A DNA stretch of 64,000 nucleotides, from NCBI GenBank assembly GCA_014729775.1, contig WJJJ01000007.1:30302-94301 (forward strand), written 5' to 3'. Every line of letters starts with the position of its first letter. Positions within the stretch are counted from its first letter, which is position 1. Shown here one piece after another: positions 22,089 to 31,933 of this stretch. The position numbers and the translations under genes were made by a program. This DNA is from Candidatus Omnitrophota bacterium (lineage in GTDB: Bacteria; Omnitrophota; Gorgyraeia; Duberdicusellales; 4484-171). The notes below the pieces were generated by a model. It made no database searches, was not told the origin of the DNA, and saw only the letters and a program-made list of their open reading frames with translations.

Positions 22089-23219
22089 ATGAAAGAAATG
22101 TCAATTGTCATCGTCGGTGCCGGTCCGATCGGGTGCTATGTGGGGCAGCTTTTGACCCGGCAGGGATACCGTGTCCGAATTATTGAGGAGCACAATGAGA
22201 TCGGGAAACCGGTGCATTGTGCGGGATTAATCGGGAAAAAGGTGCTGGATGAGATGCGAATCCCTTTCCCCAGGGAGAGCGTACTCAACCGTATTGACGG
22301 GGGGATTGTGCATCTCAATGGGGATTGTTTCCGTCTCCGGCGAGAAGAAGTTGCCTATGTGATCGACCGGGAAAAATTCGATAAAGCTATGGGGGCGGGA
22401 TTGAATGTGACCTATGGAACCCGGTGTGTCGGGATTGAGGAGAACGGAAGAGGGTATATTCTTGAAACTGACAGAGGAGAAATAAAAGCGGACGCGATCA
22501 TCGGTGCTGACGGCGCGCATTCTGCGGTCCGGGAATACGTGCATCAGAAAACCCCGGTCGAATATCTGAAAGGGGTACAGTTCCGGATGGAGCAGGCTCC
22601 TTCTGATATCAATATGGTGGAGATCTTTCTCAAAAAGCCTTATTTCTTCTGGAGCATCCCTGAAAATGAGAAAATCGTCCGGGTCGGGGTTCTTTCCCGG
22701 AATCCGTACTATGATCTTCTCGATTTTATCAAGGAAAGAGGTTTTCAGGGACGGGTGATCGAGAAATTCGCGGGACTTGTGCCCTTTTCGCATTTTTCCA
22801 CGTTTTCCAAAGGAAACGTATTTTTGGTGGGGGACAGCGCCGCACAAATAAAACCGTTGTCTTACGGCGGTGTCTATCTGGGGATGCGCGCTGCGGAACT
22901 TCTCGCGGATTGCCTGTGCAGTGAAAGGCATCAAGAATATTCTTCCCTGTGGAAGCGCCGTTTCGGCAGGGAACTCGCGATTACACTGAAGGCCCGCCGT
23001 TATTTTCATACGCTGAGCGAAGAAGATTTAGAACGAATATTTTTCTTCGTGAAAGATAATACTTCTCTTATAGAGGAAAAAGCCGATTTTGAAAATCACG
23101 CGGTGATGGTTTGGGAGTTCTTAAAACGGCCGAACGTATCAAAAGAAATATTGAGCATATTGCTGAAACTCGTGAAAAACAATTTTTTTCAGAATGAAGT
23201 CAATTACGCTACAAAGTAG
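22089..23219 (+). CDS. Geranylgeranyl reductase-family FAD oxidoreductase
   Basis: VGAGPIG, IGKPVHCAGL, IDREKFD, IGADGAHS, FFWSIP and GDSAAQIKPLSYGG motifs. Confidence 0.8.
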   Translation: MKEMSIVIVGAGPIGCYVGQLLTRQGYRVRIIEEHNEIGKPVHCAGLIGKKVLDEMRIPFPRESVLNRIDGGIVHLNGDCFRLRREEVAYVIDREKFDKAMGAGLNVTYGTRCVGIEENGRGYILETDRGEIKADAIIGADGAHSAVREYVHQKTPVEYLKGVQFRMEQAPSDINMVEIFLKKPYFFWSIPENEKIVRVGVLSRNPYYDLLDFIKERGFQGRVIEKFAGLVPFSHFSTFSKGNVFLVGDSAAQIKPLSYGGVYLGMRAAELLADCLCSERHQEYSSLWKRRFGRELAITLKARRYFHTLSEEDLERIFFFVKDNTSLIEEKADFENHAVMVWEFLKRPNVSKEILSILLKLVKNNFFQNEVNYATK

Positions 23220-24498
23220 AATTATTATTCTCTTTGTGATTTTTACCATTTTCACGATCGGCATTTTCGTCGTGATTCAGCTGTCGCATGAGTTGAATTC
23301 GGTTAACCAGGAGATTGAGTACCGGGCCCGCGCGAATTCAAATGAAGTAGAGGAGGAATTCCGGGAGATTCTTCTCCGGTTCCCGGACCGCGCGGAGGCG
23401 ATCGAAGTGATGGGTGAAAAACTCCAGGCGCTGAAAACCTCCGGGTTTCTCGAGCGTGCCTATGTGCTTGATTCTTCGGGTGAAATTGTATTCTCTACCG
23501 AGGGCTGGTTTGGAGGACAAAAGGGGAGTTTTACCGATTTTAATATACTGCAAAAATTTTTCGCGGAGGATTCGAGACGGAGAGAGGCTGTTACCGATAA
23601 AAAGAGCCGGTTACTCTCGGTGTATATCCCTCTTGACCAGGAAGATGAGTTGCGTTATTTGGTGCGGTTGTTTTTCCCTCTGGGCGATATTTGGACGGCG
23701 ATGCGGCAGGTCTATCAGCCGGCGTTTGCGGTCGGGCTGTTGTTTATCGTATTGAATGTATTGTTCGGGATATCTCTTTCCCGGGCGATTATCGGTCCGA
23801 TTAAGGTGGTAAGCGAGGCGGCAAAAAAAATCGCCGCGGGAAATCTTGATTTACGCGTACGAATGTCCACGAACGACGAGCTGGAGGAGTTGGCCAATAC
23901 GTTTAATGTGATGACAGTTGAATTAGACAAGATGAAACGACAAGCTGAGGATGCCAATCCTCTGACAAAACTTCCAGGGAACGTATTGATTCGCGAAGAG
24001 ATCGAGATGCGAATTCAAAACAAGGAAAAATTCGCGGTCGTATATTGCGACTTGGATAATTTCAAAGCGTTCAATGACAAATACGGAATCGGTAAAGGAG
24101 ATGAGGCAATCAAGCTTACCGGGGAGATTTTCAAACGGGCCGTAGAGCACAAAGGGGAATCAGATGATTTTATCGGACATGAAGGCGGGGACGATTTTTT
24201 ATTGGTATGCCGGCTTTCCCGGGTGGAAGAGGTGGCCAATTACATAATTGAAGAATTCGATGTGCGCATACGGGATTTATACGACAAAGAAGACAAAGCG
24301 CAGGGCTATATTATCGCAACGGGACGGGACGGGGTAAAGCGGCAGTTTTCCATTATGACCATTTCTCTGGCGGGAATTACGAACGGCCGCCGGGAGCTGC
24401 ACAGCTACGGTGAAATCACCAATATTGCGGCCGAAGTGAAAAAGAAAGCAAAAAACCAGGAGCGCAGCTGTTTGGTGTTTGACGAACGGACCGGGTAG
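23194..24498 (+). CDS. Membrane sensor HAMP-GGDEF diguanylate cyclase (GGDDF variant)
   Basis: Two TM helices, HAMP (DELEELANTFNVM), ANPLTKLPGN, DLDNFKAFNDKYG and HEGGDDF motifs. Confidence 0.88.
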   Translation: MKSITLQSRIIILFVIFTIFTIGIFVVIQLSHELNSVNQEIEYRARANSNEVEEEFREILLRFPDRAEAIEVMGEKLQALKTSGFLERAYVLDSSGEIVFSTEGWFGGQKGSFTDFNILQKFFAEDSRRREAVTDKKSRLLSVYIPLDQEDELRYLVRLFFPLGDIWTAMRQVYQPAFAVGLLFIVLNVLFGISLSRAIIGPIKVVSEAAKKIAAGNLDLRVRMSTNDELEELANTFNVMTVELDKMKRQAEDANPLTKLPGNVLIREEIEMRIQNKEKFAVVYCDLDNFKAFNDKYGIGKGDEAIKLTGEIFKRAVEHKGESDDFIGHEGGDDFLLVCRLSRVEEVANYIIEEFDVRIRDLYDKEDKAQGYIIATGRDGVKRQFSIMTISLAGITNGRRELHSYGEITNIAAEVKKKAKNQERSCLVFDERTG

Positions 24499-24508
24499 TG
24501 TATTAGTA

Positions 24509-24835
24509 TTAGGAGAGGTTATCTAAGAGACTTTCCGTAAGATCTTTATACGGGTTCAAATACGGATGCGGCTCGTCTAATGCGAAATCCGGGATGTTTT
24601 CCTTTTCCTGGATACGAGGCGCGGGGTTGATAATGTTGGAAATAATTTGTTTCCATTTAGGGATGTCCGTCGGGGGCTGGGGATCGTTGCGGTCTGCATG
24701 GTAATCGGGCGAAGCGCTGTTGTCTTCGGGCCACTCCACCTGCGATGGTTCGGGTTGGGCGAGCGCCCAGAAACCACCGGTTCCCAATAACAGAACTACC
24801 GCACATATGAAAATCATATCTTTGTGTATGCTCAT
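24509..24835 (-). CDS. Small secreted Pro/Asp-rich hypothetical protein (108 aa)
   Basis: Fills the intergenic gap; signal peptide MSIHKDMIFICAVVLLLGTGGFWALA; has its own promoter. Confidence 0.65.
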   Translation of the reverse strand: MSIHKDMIFICAVVLLLGTGGFWALAQPEPSQVEWPEDNSASPDYHADRNDPQPPTDIPKWKQIISNIINPAPRIQEKENIPDFALDEPHPYLNPYKDLTESLLDNLS

Positions 24836-24844
24836 CTCAATTAA

Positions 24845-24874
24845 AGGATACCATACCCTGCCCCCCGATGTCAA
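24845..24874 (-). promoter_or_regulatory. sigma70 promoter for the minus-strand gene
   Basis: Reverse strand reads TTGACA-18 nt-TATCCT with extended TGn. Confidence 0.6.
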
Positions 24875-24922
24875 TAAAATCGCCGATGGCGAAAAACCAT
24901 TGAAAATAAAGGAGAATACGTT

Positions 24923-26761
24923 ATGATGCGCCGAGTTTTCCAGCGCTCCGTGCTTACTCTGATCGTGGTTGTGGTGACAATGGGGACGTTTCTTTTTATT
25001 TATAATACCTATATGTTGGATCATTCTCTCTTTAATCTGAAGGTTTCGCTCAAACATCTGGCTACCGTGGAAAATCCCAGGGAAATGGAGGAAATCCGGC
25101 AAATCCTGGACGTTGTATTGGTCCAGGAAATTGCCCGGGATTCGTCCGACTTTTTAGCGGCGGCAAAACTGGAATTTTCCGGTCAGATTGCGGGGCGGAT
25201 GAAGCAATATCAGCAGATTCAGGATATCCGGTTTCTCTTGGGGGATATCGTGGAACAACGGGAGGAGCGACGCAATCCTTTTTTTGCTCTGCTGGACAGC
25301 ATTTTGATGAAACTCTTCCCCCATGTGCGGCAGGACCAGCCGCAGAAGATACGCGCAATGATCAGCGAAATGGAAAAGAAAATTCCCCTTTACGACGGAA
25401 TTAAGCTGCAGGCGCATTTAATCCGTCTGGCACAGATGAATATGCGTCTTCGGGAGTGGCCTGTCGCATTGGAGTTGTTGCAGCGGGCGGCTTCAGCCGG
25501 GCCGGAAAGTAAGGAGGGCCGTATCGCGAAGCTATATGTGGGAATCGTATATAAATTTACCGGAGAGTATGAGCGTGCCCGGAAAGTATTCAGCGAGCTT
25601 CGTTCGGTGTTAGAGAAAGATCTGAAAAAATACGCAATATATCAGGAAGCCCAAATCTTGTATGCAGAAGGGCGAAAGGGACAGGCCTTGCAGAAGTTAG
25701 AAGAGTTCTTTGATGATTCGCCCGGAGAAGAATTCCATCAATTCTCGCAGTTCCGGGCGGCATACGAGTATCTATACACCATACACGACCACCAGAAGGC
25801 GTATCAGTCGTTTCAAAAACTGCATGAATATGCACCCCAAAGCAAGTATGACGAATATGCGGTTACCTATCTCTATCCCCGGAATGCGGAGCCGTATGTA
25901 GAAGAAGGAGCAATTTTGTTGGATGAAGGGTATAATCTGGTGCGGTTGGCACATGAAAAAGAGGCACGCGAACGATATCAGGGTGCATTGAACCTGTTCC
26001 ACCAGGCGGTAAAAATTTGTCCGCCGGAAACCAATGATACCGTGGTGTCGATTATCGCCCGCAATTATCGGGAAACCGGATTCAAACTGGTCGAACAAGG
26101 ATATTTGTCTCAACAGGCGAACCAGAAAGCGGAAGCGACGTTGTTTTTTTCCGATGCGATCGAGAAATTTGATCTTGCAACGCAATTCTTCGACCGCGAA
26201 GCGTTAGCATACAGCGGGAAAGGACTGACGTTATTGTTTCTCGGGAAGCCGCAGGAAGCGCTGGATGCCGCGCGGGAAGCCGTCCGTCTCAATCCCGAGA
26301 ATGAAGAAACACTGGCTCATTTGGGGTATGTGTATTATCGGGTGGGAATGCTTGACGAAGCGATCGATGTGTATCGAAAATCGATGTTGGTATTACGAGA
26401 TTCTCCGCTATTGCATTATAATCTGGGGACAATGTTGGTTAAAAAAGGCAACCTTGTGGGAGCGATCGAAAATTTCAAACAGGCGATTGATGCTGATCCG
26501 AAATATTCGTACGCATATAATAACCTAGGATACATTTTGTGGGTAAAGGGCGCCTATCAGGAGGCGCAGACAAATTTGGAGCGAGCCGTGAGTTTGAGCC
26601 CCGATTATGTGGATGCCAGGTATAATCTCGGAGTCTTGTTTTTTACCATCGGAAAGTACGAACAGGCCCAGGAGCAGTTCCAAGTGATCAACCGTTTGCA
26701 TCCGGGGTTCAAAAAAAGCCAACAGTTTCTGAGAGCGATTGAAAAGAGAGCTGCACAATAA
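24923..26761 (+). CDS. Membrane-anchored tetratricopeptide repeat protein
   Basis: N-terminal TM; multiple TPRs (LHYNLG, AYNNLG, ARYNLG). Confidence 0.85.
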   Translation: MMRRVFQRSVLTLIVVVVTMGTFLFIYNTYMLDHSLFNLKVSLKHLATVENPREMEEIRQILDVVLVQEIARDSSDFLAAAKLEFSGQIAGRMKQYQQIQDIRFLLGDIVEQREERRNPFFALLDSILMKLFPHVRQDQPQKIRAMISEMEKKIPLYDGIKLQAHLIRLAQMNMRLREWPVALELLQRAASAGPESKEGRIAKLYVGIVYKFTGEYERARKVFSELRSVLEKDLKKYAIYQEAQILYAEGRKGQALQKLEEFFDDSPGEEFHQFSQFRAAYEYLYTIHDHQKAYQSFQKLHEYAPQSKYDEYAVTYLYPRNAEPYVEEGAILLDEGYNLVRLAHEKEARERYQGALNLFHQAVKICPPETNDTVVSIIARNYRETGFKLVEQGYLSQQANQKAEATLFFSDAIEKFDLATQFFDREALAYSGKGLTLLFLGKPQEALDAAREAVRLNPENEETLAHLGYVYYRVGMLDEAIDVYRKSMLVLRDSPLLHYNLGTMLVKKGNLVGAIENFKQAIDADPKYSYAYNNLGYILWVKGAYQEAQTNLERAVSLSPDYVDARYNLGVLFFTIGKYEQAQEQFQVINRLHPGFKKSQQFLRAIEKRAAQ

Positions 26762-26762
26762 A

Positions 26763-26791
26763 TTGACAGCAGCATGAAAATATACTAAACT
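26763..26791 (+). promoter_or_regulatory. sigma70 promoter
   Basis: TTGACA-17 nt-TAAACT, 10 nt before ATG 26802. Confidence 0.65.
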
Positions 26792-26801
26792 TATCGTTGA
26801 G

Positions 26802-27377
26802 ATGCTGAAATCATTCAAGAAACATTTCTTCCGCAAGAAAGGCCGTGACCGGAGAAAATATGTCCGGTTGCGTGCGCATCATTTGCTGAAGTATAAAATT
26901 CTTTCTCCCCAAGAACATCTGACCTTTGTCCGCGATATCAGCGGCGGCGGACTCCTCTTTTTCTCGAGAGAGGATATTCCTGTGGGGAGTGTAGTGGAAC
27001 TTGCCGTTAATTTTCCCGCATCTCCCTTGCCGATTGAAGGGGTAGCCAAGGTGATCCGGACCCGGCATCTTAAAAAGATGGGCGGCTACGAGATCGCAGT
27101 CGAATTTCTCGAGCTGGACGAAGAAAACCGGGAACGGATTCAACGGCAAATAGCGTGTGTATATGAAAAAAAAGAACAAAGAAAGGGGGAGCGAATGGGC
27201 AGAGTAGCGAAAATATTCCTGGGACTCGCGATTGTCGGCGCGCTTTTCGGGACGGCAACGCGATTCTTTGATGTGAGTGTCCCGGTTGCCCCGCTCAGTT
27301 GGGTTATGTTGACCAATATGTTTTTGCTGTTCTCTATCGCGGTCACTTTGTTGGCAATTGCTCGGAAGATCAAATAG
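26802..27377 (+). CDS. PilZ domain protein with C-terminal two-TM segment
   Basis: RRKYVR (RxxxR) and DISGGG (DxSxxG) motifs; hydrophobic C-terminus. Confidence 0.85.
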   Translation: MLKSFKKHFFRKKGRDRRKYVRLRAHHLLKYKILSPQEHLTFVRDISGGGLLFFSREDIPVGSVVELAVNFPASPLPIEGVAKVIRTRHLKKMGGYEIAVEFLELDEENRERIQRQIACVYEKKEQRKGERMGRVAKIFLGLAIVGALFGTATRFFDVSVPVAPLSWVMLTNMFLLFSIAVTLLAIARKIK

Positions 27378-27418
27378 GTTCTTTTGAGGATATACGGGGC
27401 AGACGGAATTTTATTCGT

Positions 27419-28747
27419 ATGGGCAGGTGGATTACCACAGGAATATGCATGGTTGCGTGTGCTGTCCTTCCCGCAGCGGGATGGGGGGAAGTGACGAGGG
27501 GAGACCTTATCGACGGATATCTTAAATATTATCAGCTGGAAGAAAAAGAACGGGAAGAAAAGGAACGGCAGGAAGAGCTCCGGCGGCAAAAGGAAGAGGC
27601 TTTGATGCGGGAGCGGGAAGCCCGGCGGGATAAAAGCGAGCAACGTGCGAGAAAAATGAAAAAAGTGCTTGAGAGAGTAAAAGAGGATCTTTTGTTTGTC
27701 GCGGAACTCGAGAGTATTTATAGCGATAACGTATTTAAAACCAGCGAAGACGAAGAATCAGATTTCGTCACTTCTCTCACCCTGGGATTGAGCTACGAAC
27801 CAGAAATTGCATGGAGGAAGGGGCATACTTCGGTAAAATTCGATCTGGAAGGCGGTCCGAACATCACCATTACGGATAATGACGAGCTGAACGCGAACCG
27901 GTTCCTTGCCGCCGGTGCGGTCCAGCATGTCCGGGGGAAATACGGTGTCGGTATTGAAGGAGGCGCGGAACGGGATTTCTCTACGGCGAGCGATTTTACC
28001 CTTACGGGAGAAAAAAAGCTCGTGGAATTCTGGCGGTATCGGTACGGAGTGGAGCTGTTCGCCGACTGGGCATATCTCCCTTCCTCGCTTCAGTACACGC
28101 ACAAAACAACCGAACACGACGGAGAGTTTTCTGCGGCGGATTTAGACGAGGACGTCATTGAATTGACGACGAAAGTGAACGTTTTCCCCAAGACCGGAAT
28201 TAAATTTGACTATCAATATGGTTCTGACGAATATCCGAACCGCGGAAATAAAGACGGTACGTATCATTCGTTTCAACTCGGGCTGTCCGGAAAGATTTCG
28301 CCGAAGATCAAAGGGGATATCCTTGGAGGCATCAAGCAGAGAGAAATCGATGACGGCAGCGATGTCGAAGAAACTACGACGACGGTGGACCTTGTGTATG
28401 ATATCTCCGAACATCTGAGCGCCGCCTTCGAAGCAAGCCGGGATGTCTCCGCGACGGCGGTCATCGGAGAATCTTGGAGCAAAGACTGGGAGATCATTCT
28501 GGGGCTGGAATACCGGCCGCCGTTCAACCGAAGGTTAACCATGTTCGCCGGAGGGGAATATAAGAGTTCAGAGTATTCTTCCGCCCGGGAAGACGAATAT
28601 CTTGAGCTGTCTTTGCGGTCACGGCTCGCGTTGAATCAATGGCTTTCCTGTGAAGGTGCATATACGTTCGAAGACAGGACCTCGAACACTGCCCTGGCCG
28701 AATACACGCAAAACGAAATTACGCTGTCACTCACCGCGGAGTTTTAA
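27419..28747 (+). CDS. Outer-membrane beta-barrel associated with polysaccharide export
   Basis: Signal peptide, N-terminal charged coiled coil, YSDNV motif, alternating strands, terminal ...LSLTAEF; directly upstream of the OPX gene. Confidence 0.75.
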   Translation: MGRWITTGICMVACAVLPAAGWGEVTRGDLIDGYLKYYQLEEKEREEKERQEELRRQKEEALMREREARRDKSEQRARKMKKVLERVKEDLLFVAELESIYSDNVFKTSEDEESDFVTSLTLGLSYEPEIAWRKGHTSVKFDLEGGPNITITDNDELNANRFLAAGAVQHVRGKYGVGIEGGAERDFSTASDFTLTGEKKLVEFWRYRYGVELFADWAYLPSSLQYTHKTTEHDGEFSAADLDEDVIELTTKVNVFPKTGIKFDYQYGSDEYPNRGNKDGTYHSFQLGLSGKISPKIKGDILGGIKQREIDDGSDVEETTTTVDLVYDISEHLSAAFEASRDVSATAVIGESWSKDWEIILGLEYRPPFNRRLTMFAGGEYKSSEYSSAREDEYLELSLRSRLALNQWLSCEGAYTFEDRTSNTALAEYTQNEITLSLTAEF

Positions 28748-30088
28748 ATGAAGATGCGAACAAAAATCATAGGTGTGCTTCTCGTTTGCTTCCCGCTGGC
28801 TGTTTCCGCACAACAGGAGGAGGAGAACATTGCCGCAGGGGATATTCTCCATATTACCGTATACGGGGAGCCGGGGCTTGATCAAAAGGTCCAGGTGTCT
28901 GGTACGGGGGATGTCGAATTCGTTCCTCTCGGACAGGTTCCCGTGGCCGGGCTCTCTCCGGTCGGGGCGGGAGAGAAAATCGAACGGGAACTGAAAAATG
29001 AGTTTTATTTGGATGCGGAAGTAAGCGTGATCCGGAACCGGTCCGCCGGGGAGTCGACGCAGGAGCCTCTTCCTTATTTTTCCGGTGAGGATTCCGGAAT
29101 TCCCTCTGCGGAAGACGATTTGTTTTACCGGGTTGGTCCGTACGATACAATTGAGATATCCGTTTACGGAGAGCCGGATTTAAGTAAAACCGTCAAAGTT
29201 TCCGAGGTAGGAAATATCCGTTTTCCGCTGCTGGGAGACGTGCAAGTCGAAGGACTGACTGCTGAAGAAATCGCCAGAAAAATTGAAGAATTGCTTGAGG
29301 ACGAATATTTAGTGAATCCACAGGTGAGTGTGATGATCGAGGAATACGGAAAAGTCTATGTGTTCGGCGCGGTGAATCAGCCGGGGGAATACGAGTTAAA
29401 AGGGCCTCTTACGCTCGTTGATATCCTCGTGCTAGCCGGCGGGGCCCAAGAAAACGCCAATCTTTCAAAAGTAAAAGTGGTGCGAAGGACCGGAGGCGAC
29501 CGGGGGTACGTGGTGGACGTAGACGATGTGGGCAACCGTTTCTACCTGAAACCCTTAGATAAGGTGATTGTGGAAGAATACGGGGAGATATATATCGTTG
29601 GCGCCGTCGAGAATCCTGGAGCTTATAATCTCGAAACGAGCGACTTGACGCCGTTGGATGCAATCATATTTCTGGCCGGAGGAGCTGCGGAAAATGCGAA
29701 CCTTACCGCGGTGACCGTGATCCGGTCGGCCGAAGATGGGAAAGAAGAGATCGTCGTTGACACTTCCCGGCCCGATCAGGAGTTTTATCTTCAGGAAGGC
29801 GACCGGGTGGTGGTAACGCTGTACGAGGATGTTTCGGTGTTTGGTGAAGTGCGGGAACCGGGTAATTACCCGTACAAAAAGGGGATAACGGTGATTGATG
29901 CCATTAGCCAGGCTGGCGGATTTACCGAGGTCGCGAGTAAAAACGGCGTACGAGTTATTCGGCAGCAGGGAGGGGAAAAGAAAATTATCAAAGTGCCTGT
30001 CGGATATATTTTAAAAACCGGAGATAAAGAGAGAGACATAGAGCTCCAGGAGGGCGATGCGGTAGTCGTCCCGGAATCGTGGTTTTGA
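28748..30088 (+). CDS. wza: OPX/Wza-like polysaccharide export protein (two Poly_export domains plus SLBB repeats)
   Basis: ITVYGEPGL and ISVYGEPDL; FPLLGDV; GAVNQPG, GAVENPG and GEVREPG; ends VVVPESWF. Confidence 0.85.
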   Translation: MKMRTKIIGVLLVCFPLAVSAQQEEENIAAGDILHITVYGEPGLDQKVQVSGTGDVEFVPLGQVPVAGLSPVGAGEKIERELKNEFYLDAEVSVIRNRSAGESTQEPLPYFSGEDSGIPSAEDDLFYRVGPYDTIEISVYGEPDLSKTVKVSEVGNIRFPLLGDVQVEGLTAEEIARKIEELLEDEYLVNPQVSVMIEEYGKVYVFGAVNQPGEYELKGPLTLVDILVLAGGAQENANLSKVKVVRRTGGDRGYVVDVDDVGNRFYLKPLDKVIVEEYGEIYIVGAVENPGAYNLETSDLTPLDAIIFLAGGAAENANLTAVTVIRSAEDGKEEIVVDTSRPDQEFYLQEGDRVVVTLYEDVSVFGEVREPGNYPYKKGITVIDAISQAGGFTEVASKNGVRVIRQQGGEKKIIKVPVGYILKTGDKERDIELQEGDAVVVPESWF

Positions 30089-30094
30089 GGAACG

Positions 30095-31933
30095 ATGATA
30101 CCTTCACCGGAAGTTAAAGAACTGACGCTCAAGGATTACGTCGACATATTGCTGCGGCGGGTGTGGATACTTATGCTTTTTTTGGTCGTTATCCCCTCGA
30201 TCGTCGCAATCCGCGATCTGCGCATGGAGAAAGTGTATGAAGTAGAGACGAAGATCCTGTTAAAAAGCGAGATGCCGCAGATTTCCGGTAAAGAAGGGTT
30301 ATTATACCGTCAGGGAATGCCTGCGAAAGAGGACCAGGTTAATCTGCTTCAATCCCGGGCGCTTGCCGAGCGAGTGATCAAAACCTTGAATTTATCAAGC
30401 GAAGAAGAGTTTTCCGGAGCTTCCGATCCGGCGAGGTCTTTGCTTGAGAGGGTGACCGTAGAACAGGAGGACCAGCGCCGAAGCAATGTGGTATGGCTGC
30501 GGGTGGAGGGGAGTGATCCTCTGAAAATTACTAATATCGCCAATACCTGGGCCCAAGAGTTCATCGAACTGGATGTCGAACAAAGGATTTCTACGGCAAA
30601 ATACGGGGTAGCTTGGCTGAAGGAGCAGCTCGACCAAACACTCCAGAATCTTCAGGCGGCCGAAAAGAATCTCAATGCGTTTATTAAGAAAAACAAGATC
30701 GTGGCCATCCCTGACGTGGGAGAGCAGAAAGAGACTTTGATCGAACGGTTGAAAGAGCAAAAAGTTGATCTCGAAAAAGAATTGTTCGAGATGTCGAAAA
30801 AATATAAACTGAATCATCCCGATATGCTCGCCCTTCGTTCTCAGCTGGAGGCCGTCGAGAAATCTTTGGCAAAAGAAAAAAAGGCGGTGTTCGAATTGCA
30901 GGAGAAATCGCTCGAATACAGGATCCTTAAGCGGAATGTCGCTGCGCATAAATCGTTGTATGACGATTTTCTAAGGCGCATCAATGAACTTGAAGTGACC
31001 AAAGAGATGGTCAATTCGAACATCATGGTCGTTGAAGAAGCGCATATCCCTTCGGTTCCGATCAGGCCCCGGTTTGCCAGCGACATGGTCAAGGCGATTC
31101 TCATAAGTTTGGCGCTTGGCGCCGGGCTGTGCTATTTTCTCGAATACACCGATACTTCGCTCAAGACTTCGGAAGACGTCGAATTCTACACCCGGCTGCC
31201 ATTTCTCGGCTATGTACCTTCGGCAAAAAAAGGAGGGAAACGGGGAGATCCCAGTGTGCTCATCTCTTCTGCCGAGCCGTATTCTCAGGTGGCCGAAGCA
31301 TTAAGGAATCTGCGCGTATCTTTGATTTTTTCCTTTCCGGAGGATCATCCTTTGCGGTCGGTCATGGTGACGAGTGCCGTTCCCCGAGAAGGGAAAAGCT
31401 TTATCGCCGCCAATCTTGCGGTGATTTTTGCTCAGGCGAACGAAGAAACACTCTTGATCGAGACCGACATGCGCAAGGGGAAGCTTTCAAAGATATTTGA
31501 GATTGACGCAAAACACGGGCTCAGCAGTGTGTTAGCCGGACTTTGCCCCCTTGAAGATGCGGTGTCGCCTACTTCCATTCCCCATCTTTCCGTGATGCTT
31601 GCCGGGCCGTACACTCCGAATCCCGCGGAATTGTTGAGCTCGCATAAACTTGTCGAAATTATGGAAGAAGCAAAAAAGAAATATAAGCGAATCGTAGTGG
31701 ACGCGCCGCCGGTATTGGGGGTTGCCGATACGGTATTGGTCGGCGATAAATGCGACGGTGTTGTGTTCGTGGTGAAAACCGCCAGTACTTCCCTGAAGCT
31801 TGTAGAAGAGGCAAAAAAAATGATCACCGATAAAATGAAGGTGATCGGGGCGACATTGAATAATGTCGAAATGGAACGCGACCGGTATTACTACTACCAC
31901 TACTATTCTTATGCACCCGAGAAAAAAGGTTGA
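30095..31933 (+). CDS. wzc: Polysaccharide co-polymerase / tyrosine autokinase
   Basis: Two TMs, coiled coil, Walker A VTSAVPREGKS, DAPP, C-terminal Tyr cluster RYYYYHYYSY. Confidence 0.92.
   Translation: MIPSPEVKELTLKDYVDILLRRVWILMLFLVVIPSIVAIRDLRMEKVYEVETKILLKSEMPQISGKEGLLYRQGMPAKEDQVNLLQSRALAERVIKTLNLSSEEEFSGASDPARSLLERVTVEQEDQRRSNVVWLRVEGSDPLKITNIANTWAQEFIELDVEQRISTAKYGVAWLKEQLDQTLQNLQAAEKNLNAFIKKNKIVAIPDVGEQKETLIERLKEQKVDLEKELFEMSKKYKLNHPDMLALRSQLEAVEKSLAKEKKAVFELQEKSLEYRILKRNVAAHKSLYDDFLRRINELEVTKEMVNSNIMVVEEAHIPSVPIRPRFASDMVKAILISLALGAGLCYFLEYTDTSLKTSEDVEFYTRLPFLGYVPSAKKGGKRGDPSVLISSAEPYSQVAEALRNLRVSLIFSFPEDHPLRSVMVTSAVPREGKSFIAANLAVIFAQANEETLLIETDMRKGKLSKIFEIDAKHGLSSVLAGLCPLEDAVSPTSIPHLSVMLAGPYTPNPAELLSSHKLVEIMEEAKKKYKRIVVDAPPVLGVADTVLVGDKCDGVVFVVKTASTSLKLVEEAKKMITDKMKVIGATLNNVEMERDRYYYYHYYSYAPEKKG

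Noticed and set aside
31886-31912. TAC/TAT microsatellite-like run
   Set aside because: It encodes the normal Wzc C-terminal tyrosine cluster
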